64,000 nucleotides of DNA from Pseudomonadota bacterium (lineage in GTDB: Bacteria > Myxococcota_A > UBA796 > SXON01), in assembly GCA_030684355.1 (NCBI GenBank), contig JAUXTN010000246.1, positions 5,272 to 69,271 on the forward strand, written 5' to 3'. Shown here one piece after another: positions 27,534 to 38,525 of the stretch (position 1 is the first letter of the stretch; every line of letters begins with the position of its first letter). The notes under the pieces were generated by a model. That model had not been told where the DNA came from, did not search any database, and saw only the letters and a program-made list of their open reading frames with translations. Position numbers and translations under genes: made by a program.

Positions 27534-29237
27534 TCAGCGCCCCGCCATGCTTCGGAGCGTGTAGGTGCCGTCGACCACGACGCGCTCGCCCGGGGCGAGC
27601 CCGCCGAGCACTTCCCAGGAACCGCCGCTGCGTCCGCCGAGGCGGAGATCCCGTGCCTCGAAGGCCTCGGGGCCTGTTTTCACGAAGGCGAGGCGCGCGC
27701 CGTTGCTGTCCACGACCGCGGCCGCGGGGACCACGAGCGCGTCCCTCGTCGCGCCCCGTCCGATCCAGGCCGTGGCGCCCATGCCGGGACGGAGACCGAG
27801 ATCGCCGGCCTCCACCGCGAGCGTGATCGTCACCATGCCCGTCGCGGGATCGGCCTCCTGGCCCGCATCGAGCACGACCGCGGAGAGGGAGCGACCGGGC
27901 GCGGCCGAGGGTGTCACCATCGCAGAGGCTCCGGAGACGAGCCCGAGGGCGAGCCTCTCGGGCACGTTCGCCTCCATCCACAGGCCCACCGTATCGACCA
28001 CGCGGAAGAGCGTGGCGCCAGCCGACACCTGGTCGCCCGGCCGGGCGTTGATGGCGCCGAGGCGCCCGTCCACAGGGGCGCGGATCGCCACCGTGACCCC
28101 GCCCGCGAGCGCTGCGAGCGCCCCCTCGGCCTCCCGGAGCGTGACCCGCGCGACCTCCACGGCGTTCTTGCGCTCGAGCCGCTCCCGCTCGGAGATCGAG
28201 TCGCCCAGCGTGTCGAGCGAGGAGGCGTCCCGCTCCGCGAGGGCCAGCGCACTCTTGGCTTGGGCCACGCGGGTCGCGGCACTCCCCCGCTCCTGCGCAA
28301 TCGAGGCGCGGTCGGCCGTGCTTGGAACCTCCTTCAGTAGCGCGAGCGTGTCCCCGGCCTTGACCGCCTGACCGGGGCTCGGGAAGCCGCCCGGGGGCGC
28401 GACGAGCACGCCGTCGACGGGCGCACCGAGAGTGGCGGCCTCGCCGGGGCGGGCCACGAACCGGCCGAGGGCGGGGACGCGGTCGACGAACACGTCGCGG
28501 GAGAGGATGGCGGTGCGGAGGCCGACGAGGAACTGGCCGTCCATGGGGAGCGCGAGCGTCGCGCCCGCGGGTGCCGTCGGCGCCGCGGACGCCTCGCCAT
28601 GGTCCTCGCCACCGTGGGCAGACACGCGCCGGCTGGCGAGGCCGACCCCGATCGCGAGCAGGGTGGCCGCCGCGGCCGCGCCCCGGCGGCGCCCGAGCAG
28701 GAACCCGAGCCCGAGGCAGACCACGGCGACCCCTCCGATGAGCGCGAGGACGCCGGCCCCCGCGAGCGCCACGGTCCCCGCGCCCATTCCGTCCCCGCTC
28801 TCGACGGAGGGCGGGTCGTAGTGCAGCCCCGAGATCGCGAGCAGATCGCTCGCCGCGGGCGCCGTGACGACGAGCGCGCCGGCGTAGTCGCCGTAGGCCG
28901 GCAACGTCAGGGTGCCGTGGTAGGCGCCGGGCGCCCCGGCGGCACCGAACTCGGCCTGTGATGCTCCCGGCCCGTTCAGCGTGAGCGAGGCGGTCGCGCC
29001 CTCCACCGGTGCGCTTGTCGCGTAGTCGGCGAGCAGGAGCGAGGCTTCCGTTGCGGTTCCCGCAGGCGCCCTGGGGACGCGGACAATGGCCTCGAACGTG
29101 CTGGACGCCGCGCTCATCGAGACAGCGTCCGCCGTCGTGGCGCTCGCGGAGGCCGCCGTGGCGACCGGGGGCCCGTGGTCGTGGTCGTCTCCCCCGCCCG
29201 CGAAGGCGAGCGAAGTAGCGAGGAGCAAGAAGATCAC
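27534..29237 (-). CDS. RND periplasmic adaptor subunit with extra N-terminal His-containing membrane-anchored domain
   Basis: GTG 29237; AGGGDDHDH, internal TM then AHGGEDHG, IRAPVDG, LRPGM, GLAPGERVV. Confidence 0.85.
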   Translation of the reverse strand: MIFLLLATSLAFAGGGDDHDHGPPVATAASASATTADAVSMSAASSTFEAIVRVPRAPAGTATEASLLLADYATSAPVEGATASLTLNGPGASQAEFGAAGAPGAYHGTLTLPAYGDYAGALVVTAPAASDLLAISGLHYDPPSVESGDGMGAGTVALAGAGVLALIGGVAVVCLGLGFLLGRRRGAAAAATLLAIGVGLASRRVSAHGGEDHGEASAAPTAPAGATLALPMDGQFLVGLRTAILSRDVFVDRVPALGRFVARPGEAATLGAPVDGVLVAPPGGFPSPGQAVKAGDTLALLKEVPSTADRASIAQERGSAATRVAQAKSALALAERDASSLDTLGDSISERERLERKNAVEVARVTLREAEGALAALAGGVTVAIRAPVDGRLGAINARPGDQVSAGATLFRVVDTVGLWMEANVPERLALGLVSGASAMVTPSAAPGRSLSAVVLDAGQEADPATGMVTITLAVEAGDLGLRPGMGATAWIGRGATRDALVVPAAAVVDSNGARLAFVKTGPEAFEARDLRLGGRSGGSWEVLGGLAPGERVVVDGTYTLRSMAGR

Positions 29238-30388
29238 CGTTCCTCCAAGGGCAGTTGGCCGGCGAGCTCCCAGAGCGCGAGGCGTGCGCGCTCCAGCCGC
29301 CAGCGGGCGTCGATTGCGCCGCCGAGCGCAGCGAGGGCGAGGTCCCGCTCGGCGACGAACGCCGAAAGCGAGGCCTCGCCGACCTCGTACCGGCGCGCCG
29401 CGGCGTCGAGCGTGGCATCCAGGCCGGGGATGTCCCAAGCGGCGGCCACCCGCTCGGCGATCGCCAGCTCGGCCCGCGCGTCCGCGAGGGAAGCTCGTGC
29501 GTCGAGCATCTCCCGGGACGCGCGCGCGTCCGCGATGTCGGCCTCGGCGCGCGCGACCCGAACCTTCGATGCACCCGGGGCGAAGAGCGGGATCTCGATT
29601 GCCGCGCCATACACCGGTCCGGTCTCGCCTTCGAACGACCACCCGCCGCGAAGGTGGAGATCGGGGACCCGATCGAGCTTCTCGGCGGTCAGCCGCGCGA
29701 GGGCAGCACGGGCCTCGAGCCCCGCGGCCAGGAGGGTGGGAAGCTGGCTTGGCTCCACGGACGGCGGCTCCGGTAGCGTGGGCCATTCCCCGATCCCAGG
29801 CGCATCCTCCTGTCCGATCAGGACGCCGAGCCGACGGCGGGCAGCCTCGGCTTCCCGCTGCAGAGTCAACGCGTCATCGAGCGCGCGCGCCGCCTCCGCA
29901 TGGAGCAGCGCCGACTCGACACGCGAGATGTCACCCGTCTCGGCGCGACGCACGGCCGCGTCGCGGAGTCGGACGGCCAGACCCTCGGCCGCTTCGGCGA
30001 GCTCCGCCTGTTCCCGCGCCCGGACGGCATCCAGGTAGCCCGCGCCAGCGGCGGCTCCGACGGCGGCCCGACCGGCTTCGGCGCGCAGCGACGCTGCGTC
30101 TCGCGACCGGCGCGCCGCGCTCGCCCGCGCAACCGGCTGGCCCGCGATCTCGACGGGCACGGTCACTGAAAGGGTGGTCTCCCCAGGCTGATGCTCGAAG
30201 TCCAGCTCCGGGTTGCCTTGCCAGGCGGCGTACCCACGCGCTTCGGCGCGCGCCCGATCCGCTTCCGCCGAGACGATTTGCGCGTCCGCGCCGTGTTCGA
30301 CGGCCGCGCGGACCGTCGCCTCGAAGGTGAGCGGCTGGACGGGCGCATCCTGGGCGAACCCGAGGGAGACGAAGAAGTACGCGATCAT
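29234..30388 (-). CDS. TolC-family outer membrane efflux protein (CzcC-like)
   Basis: NPEL, RYEVGEAS, IPLF; operon position. Confidence 0.85.
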   Translation of the reverse strand: MIAYFFVSLGFAQDAPVQPLTFEATVRAAVEHGADAQIVSAEADRARAEARGYAAWQGNPELDFEHQPGETTLSVTVPVEIAGQPVARASAARRSRDAASLRAEAGRAAVGAAAGAGYLDAVRAREQAELAEAAEGLAVRLRDAAVRRAETGDISRVESALLHAEAARALDDALTLQREAEAARRRLGVLIGQEDAPGIGEWPTLPEPPSVEPSQLPTLLAAGLEARAALARLTAEKLDRVPDLHLRGGWSFEGETGPVYGAAIEIPLFAPGASKVRVARAEADIADARASREMLDARASLADARAELAIAERVAAAWDIPGLDATLDAAARRYEVGEASLSAFVAERDLALAALGGAIDARWRLERARLALWELAGQLPLEER

Positions 30389-31746
30389 GGGGCGCGGAAC
30401 CTCGCGGGATCGATGCCGTGCCGCTTCAGGAGCCGGTGCATGGACTCGCGCTCCATCCCGGCCTCGGCCGCCGCGTGGGTGACGTTGCCCGACGTGCGCC
30501 GCAAGAGCTGCAGCAGGTAGTCGTGCCCCGCTGCGTCCGAAGCACGCTCACACACGGCACGAAAGCTGCCTGCGGGCGCCTGGGGCACGACGCCGCGGAT
30601 GGACTCGGGGAGGTGGTAGAGCTCGACGGTCTCGTCGGGGGCGATGACGGCGGCGTGCTCCAACGCGTGGCGCAGTTCGCGCACGTTCCCGGGCCAGGGG
30701 GCAGCTTCGAGCGCGGCGAGCGCCTCCGGAGCCAGACGGCGAGCGCGCGTCCCGTACCGCGCCCCTGCCATCTTCAAGAACAGCGTGGCGAGCAAGGAGA
30801 TGTCCTCCACTCGCTGACGCAAGGGCGGCAGGAAGACCTGCACGACCTTCAGCCGAAAGTAGAGATCCTGGCGAAAGGCACCCGATGCCACCATCTTCTC
30901 GAGGTCCCGGTGGGTGGCCGCGACGACGCGCGCCTCGAAGGGGCGGCTACCGGTCTCTCCCACCCGTCGGACGGACCCCTCGTCGAGCACCCGGTTGAGC
31001 TTCACCTGCAGCGGGAGCGGCATGTCGCCGATCTCGTCGAGGAGGAGCGTCCCCCCCTTCGCGGCTTCGAGCAGGCCGGGCCGGTCCGCGGCGGCGCCCG
31101 TGTAGGCCCCGCGCGCCACGCCGAACAACTCGGCCTCCAGCAGGTTCTCGGGGATGGCACCGCAGTTCAGCGCGACGAACTCGCCCTTCCCATGCACCCG
31201 ATGGATCTCCCGGGCGGCGACCTCCTTCCCCGACCCGCTCTCCCCGAGGAGGAGCACCGGAGCGGGGACCCGCCCGACACGTTCAATCCATCGCCGCACC
31301 TCGACCGCGGCGGGCGAGCGCCCGACGAAGGCGCTCTCTTGTCCCGCGACCATCGCCTCGAGCTCCCGCGTGCGTCCGAGCAGCGCGTGCCGCTCCGCTG
31401 CGCGAACGGCGATCCGCAGGAGGTCGTCCGGTTCGAACGGCTTGGCGACATAGTCGTAGGCGCCGGCCCGCAGCGCTTGAACCGCCGCCGGGAGCTCCGC
31501 GTAGGCGGTCATCAACACCACCTCCGGCGGAGGATCGATTGCACGGGCGGCAGCGAGGACGACGGTTCCATCGGCACCGGGCAAGCGCACGTCGGTGATG
31601 ACGAGGGCATAGCAGCCCGAACGCAGCCGCTGCAGCGCCGACTCGGCGTCCGCGACATCATCGACCTCGAACCGCTCCCCCAGGGTGCGCGCGAGCAGCT
31701 TCCGAAGGTTCTCGCGGTCTTCCACGAGCAGGAGGCGTTCAGGCAT
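30385..31746 (-). CDS. Sigma54-dependent response regulator (NtrC/AtoC family)
   Basis: Receiver domain (VED, TDVRLP, KPF), [28 protein letters not shown], Fis-type HTH. Confidence 0.95.
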   Translation of the reverse strand: MPERLLLVEDRENLRKLLARTLGERFEVDDVADAESALQRLRSGCYALVITDVRLPGADGTVVLAAARAIDPPPEVVLMTAYAELPAAVQALRAGAYDYVAKPFEPDDLLRIAVRAAERHALLGRTRELEAMVAGQESAFVGRSPAAVEVRRWIERVGRVPAPVLLLGESGSGKEVAAREIHRVHGKGEFVALNCGAIPENLLEAELFGVARGAYTGAAADRPGLLEAAKGGTLLLDEIGDMPLPLQVKLNRVLDEGSVRRVGETGSRPFEARVVAATHRDLEKMVASGAFRQDLYFRLKVVQVFLPPLRQRVEDISLLATLFLKMAGARYGTRARRLAPEALAALEAAPWPGNVRELRHALEHAAVIAPDETVELYHLPESIRGVVPQAPAGSFRAVCERASDAAGHDYLLQLLRRTSGNVTHAAAEAGMERESMHRLLKRHGIDPARFRAP

Positions 31747-33136
31747 CGAGCCCTCCGAGGGTCCAAACGGCGACCGTGCCCCCGCCGTCGCGATCGAGGT
31801 GTGCGAGCGAGCCACCCTGCGCGCGCGCGATGCGTTGACACACGGCGAGGCCCAGCCCGGTGCCGTCAGGACGCCCCGTGACGAACGGCTCGTACAGCCT
31901 GGGCCGAACGTTCGCAGCGAGGCCGGGCCCCCGGTCCCGCACCTCGAAGACAGGGCCCTGCTTCAACTCGAGCTCGACAGCCGACCCGGCGCTGGACGCC
32001 TCCACCGCGTTCCGGAGCAGGTTGTCGAGGACCTGCCGCACGGCGGATGGGGAGGCGAGGACGGAGATGGGAGCGCCCGGCGAGAGCTGCACCGTCACAT
32101 CCTTCAGGTCCGCCTGCGTGGCGACGCGGTCCACCGCGGCTTCTGCCGCTCGCATCAGATCGACACGGACCGCCGGCTCCTCGCCAGGGCGCGCAAATCC
32201 CAGCAGGCCCTGGACCACGCGTCGCGCGTGTTCCGCCTCCTGCCGCGCCGCGGCGAGCTCCGGGCGCTTCATCTCGGGCTCCCCCAGGATGACCGAGAGC
32301 GGATTGAGGAGCTCGTGCGCGACGGCTCCGCTCATCTCCCCAAGCGCCGCCAACCGCTCCATCTCGACGCGTCGCCGCTCGGATGCCACCACCTTGTCGA
32401 CCATGCGGTTGAACGCCTTCCCGAGCTCGGAGAGCTCGTCGTCGCCCTGCTCGGGCGCGGGGACCGAGCGACCCTCGCCGAAGGCGGCCGCGGCAGTGCG
32501 AAGCTCCCCGACAGGACCGAGAATGCCCCTGGCCAATCGCCATGCGACGAGCAGGCCGAGGGCAGCTCCGCCGATCGTGAGCGCAGCAACCGACAGCCAG
32601 GCGCTCGACGTTGCCTCCGCCACGGCGGACCGCTCCCGCCCCTGCGCCGTTTCGAGCGCACCGAGCACGTCGCTGAGCCGGGCCTCGACCGCGGACGCAT
32701 GAAGCTCGACCTCGTCGTGGAGGCGGGTCGCCGCTTCGGTATCGAGCTTGCCCTCCCGCGCGAGCGGAACGACCTCGGCGGCGAACCAACGGTTGGACGC
32801 CTCGATGGCGGCACGGACGCGCCCGAGATCGACCGATGCCGCTGCACCGGCCGCTTCCGTCTCGATGATCCGGGCGGTCACAGCGGCGGTGACCTCGTCC
32901 AGGTGATCGAGGTGCCCGGGCCCGCGCTCGATGAGCGTGTGGGCCTGGTGGACGTACACCTCGCGGGTGGCGACCGCGAGTCCGAGCACGGCCTCCTGCT
33001 CGCGCGCGAGCACCTGCTGAGCCTCGCCGGCCCGTTGAACCTGGGTCCAGCTCGCGAACCCCAACCCCGTACCCAGGACCTGGAGCCCGACCAGCAGGCC
33101 CGCGTTGGCGAAGACGCGACGGCGGAGCGAGGACAT
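31739..33136 (-). CDS. HAMP-domain sensor histidine kinase
   Basis: Two TMs, His-containing periplasmic domain, DELSELGKAFNRM, AHELLNPL, NLLRNA, DRGPG, GTGLGL. Confidence 0.93.
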   Translation of the reverse strand: MSSLRRRVFANAGLLVGLQVLGTGLGFASWTQVQRAGEAQQVLAREQEAVLGLAVATREVYVHQAHTLIERGPGHLDHLDEVTAAVTARIIETEAAGAAASVDLGRVRAAIEASNRWFAAEVVPLAREGKLDTEAATRLHDEVELHASAVEARLSDVLGALETAQGRERSAVAEATSSAWLSVAALTIGGAALGLLVAWRLARGILGPVGELRTAAAAFGEGRSVPAPEQGDDELSELGKAFNRMVDKVVASERRRVEMERLAALGEMSGAVAHELLNPLSVILGEPEMKRPELAAARQEAEHARRVVQGLLGFARPGEEPAVRVDLMRAAEAAVDRVATQADLKDVTVQLSPGAPISVLASPSAVRQVLDNLLRNAVEASSAGSAVELELKQGPVFEVRDRGPGLAANVRPRLYEPFVTGRPDGTGLGLAVCQRIARAQGGSLAHLDRDGGGTVAVWTLGGLDA

Positions 33137-33221
33137 CAGCTACCTTCCTGGCGCCTTGCCACCGCCCGCCCCTGGCATGTTCCTGCTCGCACCACTGACC
33201 GCTCCGCGTGGCCCGGGTGCA

Positions 33222-33236
33222 GCAATCTTCGTGCCA
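33222..33236 (-). promoter_or_regulatory. Sigma54 -24/-12 promoter of the HK-RR-RND operon
   Basis: TGGCACGAAGATTGC on the minus strand. Confidence 0.85.
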
Positions 33237-33443
33237 GCCGCCTGGGCTCTCCGAGGCGGGTGAAACCCGTGGTTGATCCGATGGCGAGGCGCCCTCGGCC
33301 GTGACGCTGACGGTTACACCGGGGGCCCGAACGTCACGTTTCAAACAGGGCCTGCTCCGCGCGGACGCCCCCGTGACGTGTCCGGTTACTCTTCCGCTCC
33401 GGGCAGGGATTGTCTATAGGGGGCGCGCACTGGAGACCCCTGT

Positions 33444-33836
33444 ATGTTGCGCCTGCTCCTCCCCCTGCTCCTCGCCGCCTGCACCGCGGGCAAGGCCACC
33501 GACGACACCGGCACGGCCGCGGATGACACCTCAGCCGACACCGACACCGAGCCGGCCTGCGCGACGTTGACCTCGGGAGACGACTGGGCGTGGCAGGGCG
33601 AGTGCCCGCAGATGCGCACCCCCTGCGACATCGTGGTCGATGAGTGCTCGGTCACGATCGACTACTCGGCGGACGGGGGCATGACGATGGGAATGCCGTA
33701 CGTGGCGACGATCGATGGCGATACCATCACCTTCGAGGACGGCGACAGCATCATGGGCTGCGTCGGCACCATCGAGGACGCCGACACCGTCACGGGCACG
33801 TGCGACGGGGGCTGCACGTTCACGCTGCGTCGGTAG
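33444..33836 (+). CDS. Small Cys-rich lipoprotein
   Basis: LLAAC lipobox, D/T-rich linker, seven further Cys, GMTMGM. Confidence 0.7.
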   Translation: MLRLLLPLLLAACTAGKATDDTGTAADDTSADTDTEPACATLTSGDDWAWQGECPQMRTPCDIVVDECSVTIDYSADGGMTMGMPYVATIDGDTITFEDGDSIMGCVGTIEDADTVTGTCDGGCTFTLRR

Positions 33837-33906
33837 GCCGATTCGTTCGGGGGGATCCGTGGGTGTAGAGCGCCATGGCCCCCCGTTCGGCTGCTCGTGA
33901 GAGCGG

Positions 33907-34980
33907 CTACGGCTCCAACCGGTAGACGGCGGGCTCGGAGTTGTCGACCACCCACAGAGCGCCGTCCGGGCCGATCTCGATGCCGTAGATCGCGGTGCCC
34001 CCGCGGCCGGAGTCGAGCTCCGACACCGCTTCGCCGTCCTTCGTGAACGCATGGAGGATGCCCGTCGCGTACTCCGCGACGTACAGGTACTCGCCGTCCA
34101 ACGCCAGCCCGCCGGGCTCGTCCAGCCCCTCGACGAGCACGCCCCAGTCCACGTCGACCCACTCGGAATACTCGGCAAGCGGCTCATTCCGAGCGCGAAG
34201 GGCGTCGCCGGACTCGCCCGTGGCGGTGTCGATCCACAATACGCGCCCGTTGCCGGTGTCAGCGACGTAGAGGATGCCGCTCTCGGGGTCGACCATCATG
34301 TGGCTCGGCGCCCCCTCGACCCGAGCCACCTCGAACTCGGTGAGGCGGTCCACGATGCCGTTCGCGTGGTCGTCCTGTCCGATCCCGTGGTCGCTCGCGA
34401 AGTCGTACCGGACGATGTTGTCGTTCTTGCCATCGAAGGCCCAATAGACGTTGTCCCGCTCCCACGCGATGCCGACACAGTAGGGGCTCTGGTGCAGCAT
34501 GTCGAGGTGGCTGCCGAGCCCCTCGGGGTTCTGCTCCGCGAACACCTCGAGGTCGGCCGACCAGAGCACCGGGCCCATGAAGTCATTGGGGGACGCGGCA
34601 TCGTCGTAGGTGTTCCGCGTCTCCCCACAGGAACCGAACTGGGAGTCGTCATCGAAGGACAGAGCCGCGGTCTCCTCCATGAAGTGGTTCGCCGCGGCGT
34701 CCTTCCGGCGTTCGTGGTCCTGCTCGGGCGTCCCAGGGTTGGAGACGATGAAGGTGCGGTCGTCCTCGCGGTTGGCGATCCACAGATTGCCCTCCGCGTC
34801 GAAGCCAAGATCCCGCGGATCCGTCAGCCGCTCCTCCTCGCCGATGATGTAGGTCCACTCGACCTCGGTGGAACCATCCACGGCGCCGAGCGCGGACTGC
34901 TCGGGCGGCGCGTCCTTGCCTTCCCCCGTGTCGTCGATACAAGCTACCAGCGGGAGAAACGTAAGGGCGAAGATGCGCAT
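33907..34980 (-). CDS. NHL/beta-propeller lipoprotein
   Basis: LVAC lipobox; PRDLGFD, LYVADTGNGRV, PGGLALDG, SHLDMLH. Confidence 0.75.
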   Translation of the reverse strand: MRIFALTFLPLVACIDDTGEGKDAPPEQSALGAVDGSTEVEWTYIIGEEERLTDPRDLGFDAEGNLWIANREDDRTFIVSNPGTPEQDHERRKDAAANHFMEETAALSFDDDSQFGSCGETRNTYDDAASPNDFMGPVLWSADLEVFAEQNPEGLGSHLDMLHQSPYCVGIAWERDNVYWAFDGKNDNIVRYDFASDHGIGQDDHANGIVDRLTEFEVARVEGAPSHMMVDPESGILYVADTGNGRVLWIDTATGESGDALRARNEPLAEYSEWVDVDWGVLVEGLDEPGGLALDGEYLYVAEYATGILHAFTKDGEAVSELDSGRGGTAIYGIEIGPDGALWVVDNSEPAVYRLEP

Positions 34981-35122
34981 GCTCGACTCCGAGTGAGACG
35001 AGGACTGCATACACGGTACGCGGCGGCGTGGCATCTGTAACCCCGCCGGTCTGCGCTGTGACCGCGAAGGTTACACCACGCTCCTCACCGCCTGTGTCCT
35101 TCATCGGACGCGGCGAGGAGCG

Positions 35123-35692
35123 TCATCGACTCGTGGCGACCCCCAGGAGCCAGCGGTCCGCAAGGAGCGCACGGCGCGCCTGGATCTCGAAGCCGGCATT
35201 CTCCACCGCCGAGAACCACTCCTCCGGCTCGAAGCGGCCTTGTTCCGGGTGGTCCAGGAGGGCCCGCACCGCGGCCATCCGCGTCAGCTTACCCGTTGGC
35301 TCCTCGAAGTAGAATCGTCCGTGGGGGCGCAGGACTCGCGCGATCTCGCCGATGGCCCTCTGCCACCCGGGCACGTGGTGAAGGATCGCGAAGTCGAACA
35401 CCGCATCGAAGCTCGCGTCTGGTTCGGGGATGTGCTCGGCGTCCGCGACGTACGCGCCGGTGCCCGCGAGGCGGACCATGTCGGGGTCGAGGTCGAACGC
35501 TACGATCTCGGCCGCGCCGAACTCCTCGCGGATGATGCGCATGCCTACCCCACGTCCACAGCCGACCTCCAGCGCGCGGGCGCCGTCGCAGCGCCCCCCG
35601 AGACGACGGAGTGCGGCGCCTTCTCCGTAGCGCTGGATTGCCGCCCGGATCGGGTTGTTCATCAGCGCCTTCTCGACGGGGTTGAGCAGCAT
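35123..35692 (-). CDS. Class I SAM-dependent methyltransferase
   Basis: ALEVGCGRG, FDLDPDM, SFDAV, EIARVLRPHG. Confidence 0.9.
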   Translation of the reverse strand: MLLNPVEKALMNNPIRAAIQRYGEGAALRRLGGRCDGARALEVGCGRGVGMRIIREEFGAAEIVAFDLDPDMVRLAGTGAYVADAEHIPEPDASFDAVFDFAILHHVPGWQRAIGEIARVLRPHGRFYFEEPTGKLTRMAAVRALLDHPEQGRFEPEEWFSAVENAGFEIQARRALLADRWLLGVATSR

Positions 35693-35732
35693 CTACACCT
35701 CGCCCCGCCGGGTCACGGTGGAGGGCATCTCA

Positions 35733-36431
35733 TCAATAGGGATACGCACCGGTGCCGTACGGGGGGTAGTACTGCCTTCGCCACCAGTTGGACTCGCCCC
35801 CGAGCAGCACGCCGAGGCTCACCTGATAGAGCGGGTGGCCAGGCCGGAGCTCGACGTCGGAGAACGCGGCCCGTGTCTCCAAGACCCCGACGAACGGACG
35901 CGCGAAGGTCACCTCCGGCAGGATGCGAACACCCCGTGCGATCCGGATGGAGCCGCCGACCGACACCCCTGCGGCGAGCAGGGTCGACCGCTTGCGCGTT
36001 GCCTGGAGGGTGCGAACGTGGGACCACCCCTGAAGCTTGGGCCCGAGCGTCAACTCGTGGGGGCCGAGGCCGAGGCCGACGAGGAGGGGGACTTGTACGT
36101 GGACGGGCCAGTGCCCGATCGGCACGGTGCTCACGGATGGCGCGACCGCGACGGCCCACGTGCGAGAGCGCTTGTTTGTCAGAGCGAACTTGCTGGACAC
36201 TCCGACCCCCGCCGTTCCGAGCCGAAGACCGAGATCCCAGCGGTCGCCGAAGCCGTACCTCGCCGTGAGGTTGGCAACCGGCGCGGCGCCCGAATCCTTG
36301 ACGTGCCACATGCCGGGCTCGATGCCTACCTGGAGGGACCCCTTGTCGATGGGCCGTGCGGTCTGGTGGGTGCCAAACGTGGCACAAGCCGAACACAACA
36401 TCCCTATTGACGCGAACACGACCCCGCGCAT
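35733..36431 (-). CDS. Hypothetical outer-membrane beta-barrel-like lipoprotein
   Basis: CSAC..FGTHQTAR, ARYGFGDRWDLGLR, alternating beta-strand pattern. Confidence 0.55.
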   Translation of the reverse strand: MRGVVFASIGMLCSACATFGTHQTARPIDKGSLQVGIEPGMWHVKDSGAAPVANLTARYGFGDRWDLGLRLGTAGVGVSSKFALTNKRSRTWAVAVAPSVSTVPIGHWPVHVQVPLLVGLGLGPHELTLGPKLQGWSHVRTLQATRKRSTLLAAGVSVGGSIRIARGVRILPEVTFARPFVGVLETRAAFSDVELRPGHPLYQVSLGVLLGGESNWWRRQYYPPYGTGAYPY

Positions 36432-36532
36432 TCTCCACCCTTCCGGAGAACATAGCGGTGCGGTCGGGAGGGCCTGTGAACGATTGTCGCCTCCGAGCGT
36501 GCCGCGATCCGCATCGGCGCACGACGAGCCGG

Positions 36533-38251
36533 CTACCGATTGCTGACCCGTACGAGCACCTCGGAGAGCGCGGGGTCATCCGCCCGTAAGGCGCCTTCGG
36601 AGGACCAGACGAGCGTACCTGACGCGTCGTACAGGAACGTGCGCGGGAGTGCGCTGACGCCGAGGCGCGCGGCGAGGTTGTCTCCATCCGGATGGAGGAC
36701 GGTCAAGCTGGGTGCCCACGCCTCGGTCATCTTCCGCACGGTCGGGCCCGCGCCGTCGCCGTCCACGGAGAGCGCGAGCACCCGCACGTCCGGGTGCTCT
36801 CGCTGAAGCTCCGCGAGGACGGGCAGTTCCTCTCGGCAGGGCCCGCACCAGGTGGCCCACACGTTGAGGAGCACCGCCGCGCCCCGCAGATCTTCGCCAC
36901 GAACTGCAGCGCCCGACAGGTCGCGAGCTTCGAACGGGGGGAGTGCCGGAGGTGAGGCTGCGGCGGTCGTGGGCTCGGTGGCGTCTTCGACCTCTCGAAC
37001 GAGCGTCGGGTCGAACGAGACGGCGATGTTCCCTCGATCCGGACTCGTCCAGGACACGACGACCTGCGATCCGTGTCGTGCCAGGCGCGGGAACCCCGAC
37101 GCTCGCGCGGTCGCGCTCTGACCCAGTGCCAGGGAGGGGCCGACCCGCCCGTCTCGGGTGACGCGCCGCACGCGCACCTGGCCGTCCTCGTCCTCCGCGG
37201 AGAGCCAGACTACGAGCGCGGTGCCGTCGGGCTCGAGCAGGACGTCCACGCGCCCCAGAGGGCGGGTGTCCGCCGCGGCGTCGACCACGCCGACCGCCGC
37301 TCCAAACGTCGCACCGGCGTCGCTGGAAAAGGCGACACGCACGGCCTGGCGATCGCCCGCCCCCGTGAACCACGCAGTGACGACCGTGTTTTCGCTGGCG
37401 TCCGCGGCCGGCCCGTTGACGGGGCAGCCGTGGATCACCCAGCCGTCGGACCCGAGCGGAGTGCCCGCGAACCGGCCTCCCGAGCCCGCGGAGGCGGCGG
37501 CGATGTCACGCCGCTCTCCCTCGTCACGGTCACGGTAGACCACCACGCCGCGTCCGTTGGCGAGGACCGCGTCGGTTGCACAGCAATCGCACGTCCGAGC
37601 ATCCACCACCTCGTCGGGGAGGAACCCGGCCGACCCGAGTCGCGCCGAGCGAAGCGCCGTCGCGCCGGCGTGGGCGCCGTGGTGGCCGCCGGTGATGTCG
37701 CGCCCGTCGAGCCAGTAGACGCGAAGCCCGTCAGGCTCGGGGGTGTAGGAGACGAACCCGCGCTCGCCGGCGAGCCCCGCCGGGAAGGGAGCCTGGAGCG
37801 GCGTCCACGTGGCCCCGTGGTCGACCGAGCGCGTCATCGCGAACTCGTAGGCGTCGGGGGTGGCGCGGAACCAGTGCGCGACGAGCGCGCCGTCCGCGGC
37901 GACCCCCACCGACGGGAAGTCCGCCCAGTTCGCGAGGATGTCCGTACCCCGTGCGAGGTCGATGGGAACGGACCAGGTGCCGGCGTGCCTCCGGGAGAAG
38001 CGGACGCGCCATGCCTCCGTCTCTTCCGGTGCCGCCGCCGCTCCGTCCGGCTCTTGCCAGACGTAGAGGAGGTCGTCGCCGTCCACGGTGAAGCTCGGCG
38101 TGATCGATCCCGCCCCCGACGGGAGCACGAAGGGAACCGGGCTCGCCGGCTCTGGCGCCGTCGACGCGGCGGGAGCCGGGGCGGTGGGCGCCGATGCCGT
38201 GTCGGAGCATCCAGCGAACAAGATCAGGACGGCGATGGCGGGATGCAGCAA
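36533..38251 (-). CDS. BNR/sialidase-like propeller fused to a TlpA-type thioredoxin
   Basis: NWADFP, SVDHGATW, CDCC, GCPVNGP, SSDAGATF; C-terminal NVWATWCGPCREELP; TTG 38251 chosen because ATG 38299 overlaps the promoter. Confidence 0.8.
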   Translation of the reverse strand: MLHPAIAVLILFAGCSDTASAPTAPAPAASTAPEPASPVPFVLPSGAGSITPSFTVDGDDLLYVWQEPDGAAAAPEETEAWRVRFSRRHAGTWSVPIDLARGTDILANWADFPSVGVAADGALVAHWFRATPDAYEFAMTRSVDHGATWTPLQAPFPAGLAGERGFVSYTPEPDGLRVYWLDGRDITGGHHGAHAGATALRSARLGSAGFLPDEVVDARTCDCCATDAVLANGRGVVVYRDRDEGERRDIAAASAGSGGRFAGTPLGSDGWVIHGCPVNGPAADASENTVVTAWFTGAGDRQAVRVAFSSDAGATFGAAVGVVDAAADTRPLGRVDVLLEPDGTALVVWLSAEDEDGQVRVRRVTRDGRVGPSLALGQSATARASGFPRLARHGSQVVVSWTSPDRGNIAVSFDPTLVREVEDATEPTTAAASPPALPPFEARDLSGAAVRGEDLRGAAVLLNVWATWCGPCREELPVLAELQREHPDVRVLALSVDGDGAGPTVRKMTEAWAPSLTVLHPDGDNLAARLGVSALPRTFLYDASGTLVWSSEGALRADDPALSEVLVRVSNR

Positions 38252-38282
38252 GGAGGCTGACCGGGGCGAAGGGGGCCGTTCA

Positions 38283-38297
38283 GCATAGCGCGTGCCC
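38283..38297 (-). promoter_or_regulatory. Sigma54 -24/-12 promoter
   Basis: GGGCACGCGCTATGC (GG-N10-GC) on the minus strand. Confidence 0.65.
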
Positions 38298-38525
38298 ATG
38301 GGCCGACAGTACCGAAGCGGTGTGACTGGCTGGGTTACATGCGTCGCGTCCTGTCACACCCGCAAGGTGGCTCCGCGCGCGAACGACACTCCGGATCAAA
38401 CGGCACGATCGCTCGAAGTCAGGTTGACGTGGCGGGCCCATGGGGTGCCATGGTAAGGGCGCACGACGGAGGCTCAGCTGCCCATCGCACTCCAGGTAGT
38501 TGTCCCCCTCGCGGCTTGGTGAAGA

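Noticed and set aside
38401-38416. Sigma54 promoter for the M15 peptidase (also near-matches at about 35005-35020 and 60757-60773)
   Set aside because: GG-N10-GC spacing or dinucleotides not satisfied
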